Part shown: positions 45,800-58,364 of the stretch, in pieces | Layout: the number at the start of each line of letters is the position of its first letter | Position numbering within the stretch: the first letter of the stretch is position 1 | Source of the DNA: Flectonema sp. DT1601 | Taxonomy: Eukaryota | DNA: 64,000 nucleotides | Direction of reading: 5' to 3' | Assembly (NCBI GenBank): GCA_964019425.1 | Contig: OZ025802.1 | Location: forward strand, 124,001-188,000 | Notes under the pieces: generated by a model | Database searches by the model: none | Told to the model about the DNA's origin: nothing | The model's input: only the letters and a program-made list of their open reading frames with translations | Program-made: the position numbers and the translations under genes

Positions 45800-48700
45800 T
45801 TAACGACTGAGTTTAGCCTTTATATTCTTAGTGAGCTGGTGACATTTCTGTGATTTTTTATTTTTATTTTTTTAGTGTAAATTAAGTATATTTTCCTTCA
45901 AAGTAAAAGCGTCATGAGAGTTACGGGTGTGTATCAACACACTGATCCAGATGAAATGGATTGCTATCCTCAGATAATAAAACTCTCTTCAATTAATGTG
46001 ATTGAGATTGAATACATACTTGGTAGTCAAGTCCGAGTGACTCAAACTTATGAAGTCCATAATTCAATTGAAGGAGACAGACTTCAGGATCAACACTTTG
46101 AGTACTACGAATAAAGAAGTGAACAAGTGAACGCAACCACTTTGCAGAAATCTCTGGTGTTCCGTAAGGGCTACCTGCGGAGACGAAGACGTTGCGAAGA
46201 AGGACCATATTATGTTCAAAATTAACATCTGGTGACTTGACAACATCATCTGGAGAAGCGAGTGAGGTACGAAACTTTGCGAGACCATCATCATCTCCAT
46301 TTAAGAGATCGATGCAATCTTTCCATTGACGGTTTGCCTTTAACATTTCTAATGAAGAAGGTGGTTGAGGAGCAGCAGGCATTGACACCTGTCTTGGGAA
46401 CTCAGGTCTAGATAAAGTCTCTCTTGATGCTTCATGAACAGAACCTAATTGTTTCATGACTTGAGCGATACCATCAAACTTCTTATCAAGAGCATCAGAG
46501 AATCGGTGGAGTTTTGCGTCACGTTCGTTGTCATAAACGGCTAGTCGTTTACCAACTTCGTCAGCTGCTGCTATCTTTGCATTTCTGACCTTATCTGTTA
46601 GACTCCTGACCATATCATCGAGTATCCTTGCGTAGTCTACTTCAAGTCTTACTTGGTAGTCACTAATCTCTGAAAGTCTCCTTTCTAACATCGCCGCGAG
46701 TTGCACTCGAACTTCCTCAGAGAAAGTAACGGAGAGCGACTTGTTGCCCCCACCTTGTGCAGAACTGTTTTTTTTTTTAATTTTCTGATTGCCACTGTTA
46801 CCACTTAGATTTTGCCCTAACACAGGATTAATACATACGCAACGTTCTTTGTGATTTCTCTGCAGAGCAGCTTTCTGATTTCTTCTCCACAGGTTTCCAT
46901 ACCCGCACTGTGTTTAATGTGTTTGTTGTAATCATAATTACAATAAATAAATAAAATAAATACTCCACATACTTTATTGAATTGATAGATTGTTCGTTAG
47001 ACTTGTCCATTTCTGAAACAAGCTTGTCGGCTGGAGCACGTAGAGCTGTCGCTAAACCTTGAAGCTCACCTCTAATGGTGCCATGAAGTTGGTTTAGACT
47101 TGCTTGAGACTTGCTGTAGTACTCATGACCGCATTGTTGGATATCTGATGACTGTGATTTTATTGTTCTCATCACAGATTCGCGAGACTTTTGCTGCTCA
47201 GCATCCTGTTGGTGAAAATCAGTTTTAATAGCGTCAAGTCGCTTTGATATTTGAGAGTGAGAGTCGTTCATAAAGACCTGAAGATTCTGCAATGTCTTCT
47301 GCAAGTTATATAATCCAGAACTCATTTCTCTTTCAGGGATGGGAACTACAGGTGTTGGAGGCTCAAACGTCATCGCTGACCTTTCAGAACCATTCGTGTG
47401 AGTTGCATCTGCTGTCGCAGCTGAAGAAGGAGAAACATCAGTCTTTGATCTTTGAGGAGATCTTCTTCTCTGTCTCTGTTCTAAAATATCGTGTCTTTGT
47501 TCTTCTGCAGGTTGCATTCTATCTTTAATTGGATGAGCGGAAATAGGAGGAACTGGATTTTGAATGCTATTCTTATCAACAATTCTCTTTACACCTTCTG
47601 TTGGAGATACGATAGATTGAACAGACTGCTGAGGTGGTTCTTGGTTAATTTCACGGACTGATGCATTCGCTTCTAATCTTCCCATGAAGAATTTCTCAGA
47701 TGTGATACACAACAGTTCAGGAGGGTTCTTTGAAGCCTTTTCCTTACCAAAAGTTGGTAAATTACAAGACAACAGTTGCTTCTCAGTGATCTCCATATCA
47801 CAAACAGAAAGTACTAAACTACCATCACGAGACGGGTCTAATTTAAAGATGACAGCCGATTGCCTTCCAGAAGCTGACAACACTACTGTGTTCCCCTCAG
47901 CCTCCAGGAACAGCTTTGCGTTCGGCTCCCATTCGTTTTCAGCAGCCGACAACGTGATGTTAAACAGAAGATGAACTTTGTTCGTAAGTCTCCAGAATCT
48001 AACAGACTTCGAGTTGTTAGAAACAGTGACGAGTATATTACACAAAGAGTGGTAGAGTTCTGATCCCAGAAATGCAATCTTCTCAACAGGAGTGTTGTCA
48101 GGTTTGATAGTCAAAGCATCGTCAGGAGCAACTGACATTCCACTCGAACCGTGAAGGATCATAACAGATGTTGAGTCTGGATTACCAGCTATGGCTATTA
48201 GTCTTCTTCGTTCTGATGAACTTTCTTCTAAAGAAGTCGCAACGTCAACAGGAGTGCAGCCTCTACCTGCTGGTATTTGTGTTGCAATCGAAGAGTCTCT
48301 GATCTCAACTTGGATTTTATCAAATGCGGCATCACTTGCGGCGTTTACTTTAGAGAACTCTTCCGCTAATTGTAAAGTATTCAATATCCAAACAGATCCT
48401 GCATCTCCTATTGCTATCAGACTTTCTGGGTCAATCCATTCTGATTTTATAAAACAATTATCTGCTGAATTTCCCGGTAATGATGCAAAACCTTTTACAG
48501 TTTTTTCAGTGGAATTTTCCCCATCAGCAGCACTCATATCAAAAACAGTAATACGACCCGCAGCATCACACATCGCTAACAAGTTCGAATCCCAATCAGC
48601 GTACGATGGTTGCGGTGTAATGTCGAGAACTGGTGCTACTTTGCATCTCCCTGTGCTGACTAACTCTGATATCGACGTGTCTTCTCTTTTAATCGCCTTC

Positions 48701-48915
48701 AGACCTCTTCCTTCTTTTCTAACGAAGAATAACCACATTGGATTACCACCACATAATCGGTTTCCCTTCTTTGGTATATCGAAAGCACCTTGTATTATTT
48801 GAATGAGGTGGTGCAATTTTGTTTTCCCAGCTTGGGTTTTTTCACGAGTTGTGTATTCCGCTGAACGAGGTCCCTCTCTCGGTTGATACCGAACCGTTAA
48901 ATTATCAGACGACAT
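45800..48915 (-). CDS. WD40 + low-complexity + coiled-coil + helical C-terminal protein, EDC4/Ge-1/Varicose-like; exons 46973-48915, 46839-46907, 46020-46764, 45800-45847 (934 aa)
   Basis: Three GTATGT...CAG introns (46908-46972, 46765-46838, 45848-46019) join two track ORFs in frame, totalling 2805 nt. Domain order matches EDC4; identity inferred. Confidence 0.72.
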
Positions 48916-49311
48916 CTCTGAATTGAGTGTCTTTTGGGAGGAAAAAGGTTTTATATAATAACAAAAAAAAACATAATATATTGAGAACAACCGACAAGTG
49001 ATGACAACATTACAGATCCATTATTGTACTAATTAAGAGAAAAGATAAAAACACATCCCACACATCACAAAGACTTGCATTTGTTTTGAGTAACCTACTT
49101 CGGGGCGTTAAAAAGAAGGATGTAAGACGTTACTAGATTTCTATAACAGGATATGAATACAAATATTCATTCAAGATTATCCTTCAATCAATAATATCAT
49201 AAGTGTGTTTTCTCATTGATCTTCCTTGACGATCTGAGTGACGCCTTTCAGAATGATCCATTGGCTAATGAGATAGAGTCGATCGTATCATCGGATAGGA
49301 CGTGTTGATAT

Positions 49312-52014
49312 TTAAGCAACACGTTGTAAAACAGCTGATTGAGCCTTCAGGGCTGTAATAACACCCTTACGAGATTCTTGTTGTTTAAGGATATTAGATT
49401 TTATGGTATCGAAACGCTTTGACATCTTGTTGTGAGAAGTTTCTACTAGTAACTGAAGACTAACCAACATTTGCTGCACACTGTTGAGACCTGCAGTGCA
49501 GATTTCATCAGGAAGTTCTGCCTCTGAAGTTATATCAGGTGATTCTAACTTCCCTAAAAAGAATTTCTCAGATGTGATACACAACAGTTCAGGAAGGTTC
49601 TTTGAAGCCTTTTCCTTACCAAAAGTTGGTAAATTACAAGACAACAGTTGCTTCTCAGTGATCTCCATATCACAAACAGAAAGTACTAAACTACCATCAC
49701 GAGACGGGTCTAATTTAAAGATTACAGCCGATTGCCTTCCAGAAGCTGACAACACTACTGTGTTCCCCTCAGCCTCCAGGAACAGCTTTGCGTTCGGCTC
49801 CCATTCGTTTTCAGCAGCCGACAACGTGATGTTGAACAGAAGATGAACTTTGTTCGTAAGTCTCCAGAATCTAACAGACTTCGAGTTGTTAGAAACAGTG
49901 ACGAGTATATTACACAAAGAGTGGTAGAGTTCTGATCCCAGAAATGCAATCTTCTCAACAGGAGTGTTGTCAGGTTTGATAGTCAAAGCATCGTCAGGAG
50001 CAACTGACATTCCACTCGAACCGTGAAGGATCATAACAGATGTTGAGTCTGGATTACCAGCTATGGCTATTAGTCTTCTTCGTTCTGATGAACTTTCTTC
50101 TAAAGAAGTCGCAACGTCAACAGGAGTGCAGCCTCTACCAGCTGGTATTTGTGTTGCTATTGAGGAACTTTGTATCACAACAGTGTTGTTCGAACCTTCG
50201 AACTCTTCCGCTAATTGTAAAGTATTCAATATCCAAACAGATCCTGCATCTCCTATTGCTATCAGACTTTCTGAGTCAATCCATTCTGATTTTATAAAAC
50301 AATTATCTGCTGCGTTACTTGGTAGCTCTGCGAAGATAGATGTGCCACAATCAGCAGCACTCATATCAAAAACAGTAATACGACCCGCAGCATCACACAT
50401 CGCTAACAAGTTCGAATCCCAATCAGCGTACGATGGTTGCGGTGTAATGTCGAGAACTGGTGCTACTTTGCATCTCCCTGTGCTGACTAACTCTGATATC
50501 GACGTGTCTTCTCTTTTAATCGCCTTCAGACCTCTTCCTTCTTTTCTAACAAAGAATAACCACATTGGATTACCACCACATAATCTGTTACTAACTGTTG
50601 GGGTGCTAAACTCACCTCGTATTAAAGGAACAATATTGTGTAATTGAAACACTGCAGACTGCATGTGCTTTCGAGTCCTGTACGTAGCAGAAGACTCATC
50701 GGAGGGAGACGCAACTAAGAAATGATTGCAATCTAATACCGTAGGAATAGTTTCTGTAGTAGCTCTCCTTATAGGTGGTTGTGAAACGTGTTCAGGTACG
50801 TCTGACTGCTTTCCAATAAAGAATGTTTTCGATGTCATAAATAACATCTCACTCGGGCTTACTAAAGCTTTCTCAATACCAACTCTAATAGAACAACATG
50901 ACAATAGCACTTCATCAGATAACACTCTGTCGGTAACAGAAAGTACTAAACTACCATCACGAGACGGGTCTAATTTAAAGATGACAGCCGATTGCCTTCC
51001 AGAAGCTGACAACACTACTGTGTTCCCCTCAGCCTCCAGGAACAGCTTTGCGTTCGGCTCCCATTCGTTTTCAGCAGCCGACAACGTGATGTTAAACAGA
51101 AGATGAACTTTGTTCGTAAGTCTCCAGAATCTAACAGACTTCGAGTTGTTAGAAACAGTGACGAGTATATTACACAAAGAGTGGTAGAGTTCTGATCCCA
51201 GAAATGCAATCTTCTCAACAGGAGTGTTGTCAGGTTTGATAGTCAAAGCATCGTCAGGAGCAACTGACATTCCACTCGAACCGTGAAGGATCATAACAGA
51301 TGTTGAGTCTGGATTACCAGCTATGGCTATTAGTCTTCTTCGTTCTGATGAACTTTCTTCTAAAGAAGTCGCAACGTCAACAGGAGTGCAGCCTCTACCT
51401 GCTGGTATTTGTGTTGCTATTGAGGAACTTTGTATCACAACAGTGTTGTTCGAACCTTCGAACTCTTCCGCTAATTGTAAAGTATTCAATATCCAAACAG
51501 ATCCTGCATCTCCTATTGCTATCAGACTTTCTGGGTCAATCCATTCTGATTTTATAAAACAATTATCTGCTGAATTTCCCGGTAATGCTGCAAATCCTTT
51601 TACAGTTTTTTCAGTGGAATTTTCCCCATCAGCAGAACTCATATCAAAAACAGTAATACGACCCGCAGCATCGCACATCGCTAGTAAGTTCGAATCCCAA
51701 TCAGCGTACGATGGTTGCGGTGTAATGTCGAGAACTGGTGCTACTTTGCATCTCCCTGTGCTGACTAACTCTGATATCGACGTGTCTTCTCTTTTAATCG
51801 CCTTCAGACTTCTTCCTTCTTTTCTAACAAAGAATATCCACATTGGGCTACTGGCACATAATCTGTTTCCGATTGTTGGAATTATTAAGTCTCCTTGAAT
51901 GATTGGAACACAATCAAAAGATTCCTTTTCTGTCTGCGTCTTTTCGGCGGTTTGGTACTCACTGGTTCGAGGTCCATCTCTCGGGTCATATCTAGCTGTC
52001 AAGTTAGGAGACAT
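49312..52014 (-). CDS. Paralog with two tandem copies of the WD40 propeller and only a short coiled-coil tail
   Basis: Internal near-identical repeat at 1260 bp offset; long identical tracts with 47690-48760. Confidence 0.85.
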   Translation of the reverse strand: MSPNLTARYDPRDGPRTSEYQTAEKTQTEKESFDCVPIIQGDLIIPTIGNRLCASSPMWIFFVRKEGRSLKAIKREDTSISELVSTGRCKVAPVLDITPQPSYADWDSNLLAMCDAAGRITVFDMSSADGENSTEKTVKGFAALPGNSADNCFIKSEWIDPESLIAIGDAGSVWILNTLQLAEEFEGSNNTVVIQSSSIATQIPAGRGCTPVDVATSLEESSSERRRLIAIAGNPDSTSVMILHGSSGMSVAPDDALTIKPDNTPVEKIAFLGSELYHSLCNILVTVSNNSKSVRFWRLTNKVHLLFNITLSAAENEWEPNAKLFLEAEGNTVVLSASGRQSAVIFKLDPSRDGSLVLSVTDRVLSDEVLLSCCSIRVGIEKALVSPSEMLFMTSKTFFIGKQSDVPEHVSQPPIRRATTETIPTVLDCNHFLVASPSDESSATYRTRKHMQSAVFQLHNIVPLIRGEFSTPTVSNRLCGGNPMWLFFVRKEGRGLKAIKREDTSISELVSTGRCKVAPVLDITPQPSYADWDSNLLAMCDAAGRITVFDMSAADCGTSIFAELPSNAADNCFIKSEWIDSESLIAIGDAGSVWILNTLQLAEEFEGSNNTVVIQSSSIATQIPAGRGCTPVDVATSLEESSSERRRLIAIAGNPDSTSVMILHGSSGMSVAPDDALTIKPDNTPVEKIAFLGSELYHSLCNILVTVSNNSKSVRFWRLTNKVHLLFNITLSAAENEWEPNAKLFLEAEGNTVVLSASGRQSAVIFKLDPSRDGSLVLSVCDMEITEKQLLSCNLPTFGKEKASKNLPELLCITSEKFFLGKLESPDITSEAELPDEICTAGLNSVQQMLVSLQLLVETSHNKMSKRFDTIKSNILKQQESRKGVITALKAQSAVLQRVA

Positions 52015-52954
52015 CTCTGTGTGTCCTGAAGGATGATATTTAATTTTGAGAAGAACTGATTACGTAACACTCACACAACCTCCCTCTTAGTCATCTTGCA
52101 GTGTACCTAAACAAAAGAGATGATAATTTGTGAGATGATATGTATCTCTGTAACAAAAATTCAAACAAACAAAAAAGCAATTTAACAAGAAAAAGAAAAA
52201 AACCAAATTGTCAAAACACAAAGCTGGAATAACCCAAATTGAAGCTGCGCCTCAACATAAAAAAAATAATGGAGTTTTGGGTGAAACGATTAAAAAGATG
52301 TGCCTGTATACATCTACTTTAGTAGAAAGCAGTAAAGCTTATCTGCAGTTTATAAATAGTACCATTTTTTTCCACTTTTTTTTTTTTTTTTTCCTTTAAT
52401 TTACATCTAATTGTTATAACAGAGGCTTCCTTTATAACAACTAAAAGATGCAACGAAAAAAAAGCAGCTCAGCCAGCTAGTAGTTTGGAATTTAGATAAA
52501 TGATATTTCCTTTTTAAACATAGAGTATTCAAAAAAAAAAAAAAAAAAAAAACACACACGAACGCACAAAGGTTTAACTTGACATTTGCGGCCCTCCCCC
52601 TCTCCCTCCAAGGTTGTTAATTTTAAAAATTATTATTATTAATTAATAGGAATACATTACTTGCTCATCATGCACCAAATATCTCACGGAGACTGATAGC
52701 GAATAAGTACAGCAGTGATGGAGAATATGCCGAACTTTTGAAAAAGAGTTTAAGAGTCCCTTGAAAAAAAAAACCCCGATTTGGTACAAGATTTTTTTGT
52801 TTTTTTTTTTCTCCCTTCAAAATTTATTTGGTTCCTCATTATAATTTTATTTATAATGAAATAATCTTGGATTTTAAATCCTTTCGAATGTGTTGGGGGA
52901 AAAAAAAAAAAAAAAAAAAAAAAAGAAAAAAACTACTCCTTATATATTAATCTC

Positions 52955-53031
52955 AGACAGTACTAGGGAAATAGAATAATAAATAAAACGGCTCTTAATC
53001 TGAATAGTTTCTTCTCCAACTTCGTCGGTGC
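52955..53031 (+). mobile_element. Partial Helentron/HINE-like element (right end)
   Basis: ttaatctgaatagtttcttctccaacttcgtcggtgc + poly(A) matches 58453-58489. Confidence 0.65.
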
Positions 53032-53486
53032 AAAAAAAAAAAAAAAAAAAAAAAAAACATGCCAATGATCGAAGTGAGGTAACGTAAAGTATCATACATC
53101 CCCACTAAGTGATCCTGTTAGTATTCATGGTTATCCCAATCAACAATCAACAAAGTAAATGAATGCAAGAATTCGTAGGACAACAAACAAACAAACAATA
53201 GTTTGTTTTCGGTGCTAAAATTAAAAGCAATATTTGAATTTTTAGCTTTGAAGATGCTGTCACAAATAGAATTATTTGAAAAAAATTGCTTCAGCCAGAA
53301 AAAAGGGACGTAATTTAATTTTACGACTCATCGCAGTCCATTCCTGAATTACGATATTATAAAAAAAAATATATTTTTTTTTAATTTTTTTTTTTTGTTT
53401 TGTTTTGTTTTGTATCGGACTGCCCCATCACTGAAGAGAGATAACAACATCAACACAAACAGAGAATCAGGAGCAACAAATAACTT

Positions 53487-53522
<36 letters not shown>

Positions 53523-55483
53523 ATAAGGAATAGCAGTTAGAAATGAGAGGCTTTACTAAATAAAACTACTAACTAAATCCTCAGTCTTGTACTAAGAAAA
53601 ACTGTATGTTACCATGCTGCTAAGTGAGCAGCACCTCAAAATACAGCTTAAGCTGAATGAAGTAAATGGCTGTAAGATAAATTACAATCAAAGCAATTTG
53701 TTGTGATCAAAAAGTCGACTGGGAATTACTCTTTTTTATGTTTTTTTTTTTTTCTTCTTTTTTTTTTTTTTTCCTAACAAAAGCGTTGTTCAATTTGACT
53801 GCGAATGATGTTCTTTTTTTATTACTTATATCAGACGGATAAGTTATAAGACACAAAAATAAAAAAGTTTTTGAATAAAAAAAAAAATAAAATAAAAAAA
53901 GACGGAGAAAAAAATAATCTTTTTCAAAAGAAATTTACAAAAAGGAGAAAAAGAAAGGTAGACATGGATGGGGGAAACCCAAAAAGAAAAAAAAAAAAAA
54001 AAAAAAAAACTGAAATACAATCACTGATTTTAAAAAAGAAAAAAAAAAAGTAAACAAAGGCGAATTAAAATTTTCCGACTGTCTCGTAGTTACGATCGGC
54101 TTTCACTATAGTCTCTCCACACCAGCTTTTTCTTTTATTTTTTTTTTTCAAATTTAAAAAAATACTCAAAATAGTAGCCACTCATAATACCAACCTCATA
54201 ATACCAACGCCATGTGACTAGTGATGTAAATAATTACCCAAAAGCCATATACAGAAAACACTAAATGATCATATAAAAAATAAAATAAAAACACAATTGA
54301 TAGCGTGAATACCAAGAAATCTTTCGTTTGTTTTTTTTTTTTTTTTGAAGTGAAGAGGGGGGTCGTTACAGTCATCCAATTATTCTGTTTGAGTTTTAAA
54401 AAAAAGTCACAATTTTGAACTTATTCAAAACACAGTGGACTCGGGGTAACGGGAAAGAATCTTATATAAACGAAATGGGTAAAACCTTGCCGTCTAAAAA
54501 AAAAACTTTTGTGTACATTACATCAAAACAACAGTTTACAGCACTGCGTTTTTTAGTGAAAAAGTGTTATAAGTTGATATTAGGCTACCGGGTTTTTTTT
54601 TTTTTTTTTTTTTTTGAGTACTTTGAGTTGGCTTATTTTTGTGACTGGTCAGAAATGTGTGTGATGCCAACATTAATGCTTTACCACAAAAAAAAATTCA
54701 AAAATATTTTTTTAAAAAAAAAAAAAAGAGAGAGGAAACAAAACCCTTCTTCCTCAATTTAAAGTAGGATTTCATTTTTTTCATTTTTTTTTTTTTTTTT
54801 ACAAAGTTCACGATATGGTGAGTTTTTTTTTTTTTTTTTTTTTGACAGACTACTGACTGGGTTTTTTTCCCCCCCTCCTCCTTCAGAATCAAACCACACC
54901 TCCTCACACAAGGGGGATGCAGCAGTATTAAAACTGACAAGCAATAGGCAGGAGGATGATGAGGTCAACCAGCGATTGAATAGAAGAATACAAACCTTAC
55001 ACAAACATAGAATAGGGTCTTAACAAGTGTGAAGAGGGGAGGAATAGGAAAAAGAGAAGTGAATCGCCAGACAGTAAAATTTTTGATGATATTTTTTTTT
55101 TTTTTTTTTTTTTTTTAAAAACAAAGGAAAAAAAAAGAAAGGGAAAAAAAAAAAAACTTACCCAGAAATCAGAACAAATTCTCCAGAGCCTCAAAAACTT
55201 TTTTTGCTAAAAAGATACCAGTGTTATACACCAAGCTACAGTGGTACCATCAGTTACCTCATATTAACACGACACGCAGAGCCACCCCCGGGATAACCCA
55301 TAACAAGCCCTTCATTTAAATCGGCTAAGTTTCTAGAAAATATAATTAACTTGGAGGAAGAATATCCTCCACTTCTATTGATGATCACATTTCTCAAATG
55401 AAACTGTTTCCTTTAGTTAAGAGATTTCATTCATGGGATGCTGGTAAGGCATTATTGGTTGTCAATGCAGACAAATATGGAAA

Positions 55484-57980
55484 TTAGTCAACGCCTCTGT
55501 TGAGTTTTAGACTGCCTTCAAAGTCGATTGACGAGTCGGAATTTGCGAGGAGGTCGTCATCCTCGTGTTCATCTTCTTCCTCTTCAACTACTGCGATGCT
55601 TGGAGGTGGAATTGTCTCGTTTGTGGCACGTCTTGGAGATGGTTGGTATTCGTGAACTTCAGAAGATGAACACTCTTCGGTGTTATCTTCTGAATCTGAT
55701 TCGTCAGATTCTTCAACTTTTATCATGGGTTCTCCTATTGGTGATAGCTCATCTTCGTCTTCAAATGCATCAGCTGATTGATTTTAAAAATTAATACCAA
55801 TTCCGATAATAAAAACCAACTAAGAATAACTACATACGACCAACATCTTGATGGAAGTGTTCCTTCGGGAATTCCACCTTTGGCATCATGTGTGGTGACT
55901 GCGTAAGCGCATGTGGTGAGGTGACTTTGTTTGGCGAATTTCCCAACTGTTTTGTGTTTTTTTTTTTTTTTTTGATGCAAAAAGTGTTGCTGAAGACAAG
56001 CAGGCTAAAGCCAGTTAAACGAACAAAAAAGCCACTTCATCTCGAGTTCGAAATGAAGAAGGCGGAACTACAGAAACAGATGCGAACAGCAACAGTGATG
56101 TGGATGCCAAACTACAACTACAACAGGACGAGTTGTCATCTATCCAACTGAAGAAAGACTAATTGGCACAACACCTACTAGATGAGATCAATCGTAAACA
56201 ACATCAATAAAATCAGTTGCAGGAGTCAGAATCAAAAGAAGTTTCACGTCATATCGGCAGCAACTTAATCTCCAACAGCAGCAACATAATAAAGAGCTTA
56301 TAAAGAAACGAAGTAAAACATACCAACTTCGCCCGCGCAAATTCCACAGCACCCGGTGATGCAAGGCTTGCCTGCGTCTGTATGTTATTATTTTATTTTC
56401 CCTTTATTTCTCTTAATTATGGTTCACAAATTATAGATATGCGGCCTGACACAGAAGGCTTCCGAGCCCACGAGAGGTTCCGAGAGACCCTTCGCAGACC
56501 CTTCAACCTAAACCCATGAGCCACACCGTTATCTACGTCTATGTGTCCTCAGAGCCAACACTGTATAGTCATCAAGAATAATGCATACCGGTGTTACTTC
56601 ATGTTGACCGCCGCTGTCATTTCGGAAAACAAGAGGACGGCTTTCATCATCTTGCCAAGAAGCTTTACGACGACGAAAGGAGTTGGAAGCGTTCGATGAA
56701 TTCTCAAACGACAAGTGTCCCGAGCGAGCGAAATCAGGTGAAAGAGTTGCGCGTCGTATTTGAGGTTTTGGCTTCATATAAGATCCGATTTGTGAGACGT
56801 CAACTTCATCACTATAAGGATTAAAGTGAAATAGAACTCTTCTTGTAGGAACTAAATTCAAATAGTCAAGAGATGGAGAATGCTTTCTGATAAAGGGATG
56901 ATTCATCGCTTGAATTGCATTCGGTCTATTTCTGAAATCAATCTGCAACAAGTCCAACAAGAAATGCTTTGCCTCTTCACTGACGCCTTCAAACGCCGGG
57001 AGAGGGAATTGAACTGGATGGTCTACCAGTATCATATTATCGAGTAGTTCTACGTAGTCGATTCCATTGCTTTCAGTGAGATTTTCATTAGCGAACGGAT
57101 GTCTTCCTGATAATAAAATATAACAAACTATTCCTAATGACCAAATATCACATCTCTCATCATAATTAGCTCGGTATTCATGTGACATAACTATTTTCCA
57201 TATCTCAGGGGCTACAAAAAGTGGAGACTCAGGAATCTCTTGAAGAAGAATTGAGTCTTTCTTAAAACGAGTGCAGCAGGAAAACCCACAAAGTCTGATG
57301 AAGGGGTCCTCTTTATCGTCAGGGGACATTTCTTTATCTAATAAAATATGAGACGGTTTGATATCTAAATGTGCCCACCCACAGTCGTGAATCATTGAAA
57401 GAGTGTCAAGGACTTGACGAGCAATTGATGATACTTTATGTTCAGGGTATCGAGGTCCTACTTCTATAGGACCACCTTCCATGACTCGAAGGACAACAAG
57501 CGCCCAATCAGTTTCAGCGACCATCTCAACAACTTCAACGATGTTGTGATCGATGTCATGTGACTGTGCGAGGTATTGAAAAGCATCTAATTCTTTTGTG
57601 TGTTGTTTCGTGTCGACAGTTGAGGAAGCTGCTTTAGTTAATTTACAACAAAGTCGTCCTCCAGATGATGTGCTTGTGGGGGAAGTGTTTTCATCTTTAC
57701 CACTTTCTTTATCTTTCGCAGCAATGACGAACACCACAGAATTGTATCCCCTCCCTAATAATGCTCCGATACTATATCGGCTACAGAAAGACGGAAAATT
57801 AGCTTCCAACGCTTCTCGTAGCTGTTGCGTGCTGTCCTCACCAATCGGTAATTCCAAGTCTCCGGGAAGGACGACGTCACTAATCGGGCGAGGTCGTTCT
57901 CTTCCTTTCATGCCGCTTACAGTTTTCGGCATTTTATTTGACTTTGGAGGGGGTTTCGGCTGGCCATGGCAGCACCCCAT
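55484..57980 (-). CDS. CAMK-group kinase-like protein (probable pseudokinase), N-terminal MGCC, acidic tail; exons 56589-57980, 56324-56377, 55838-55946, 55484-55773 (614 aa)
   Basis: LGRGYNSVV, HLDIKPSH, APE, DIWSLG, HPF motifs. Introns 56378-56588, 55947-56323 and 55774-55837 (GTATG(C/T)...CAG) splice in frame, totalling 1845 nt. Confidence 0.85.
56434..56534. repeat. Dispersed ~100 bp element, copy 2, inside kinase intron 1
   Basis: Colinear with 6279-6368, plus an internal gacccttc duplication. Confidence 0.85.
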
Positions 57981-58364
57981 TCCTTCCCCAGACCACCGCC
58001 CACGGCACCGTCTCTGGAAAAAAAAAAAAGAAATTATGAATAAATAACATTTATAGCAATGAGTTTTAGATAAAAATAACTTAACACATTTATGACCCGA
58101 ATTGGAATACTATTTTTTTTTCTTTTCTTTTTCCAAAACGACAACAATACAGCACACTTACCAAACTTTTTTTTTTTTTTTTTAATTAACATGAAAAAAG
58201 GGGATCCTTTGGGAGAAAATACTCGTATCACCCGACTCATTAATGTTGTCTTTTTTTTTTTTTTTTTTTTTTTTTTCTTCACCGTTGTTGAATTGTTTTA
58301 AAAATGCCGTAATCCAGTATACAATTCTAATCAGGTTACATTTAAGAAAAGAAGAGAAAAAAAA

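Noticed and set aside
48191..51898. ~200 aa + strand ORFs repeated three times
   Set aside because: Antisense shadows of the triplicated WD40 coding sequence.
52100..55400. Short K/F-rich ORFs in the long spacer
   Set aside because: They are translations of poly(A)/poly(T) runs; no motifs.
55484..55726. Stand-alone 80 aa acidic gene
   Set aside because: Better explained as the last exon of the kinase via in-frame GTATG-CAG introns.
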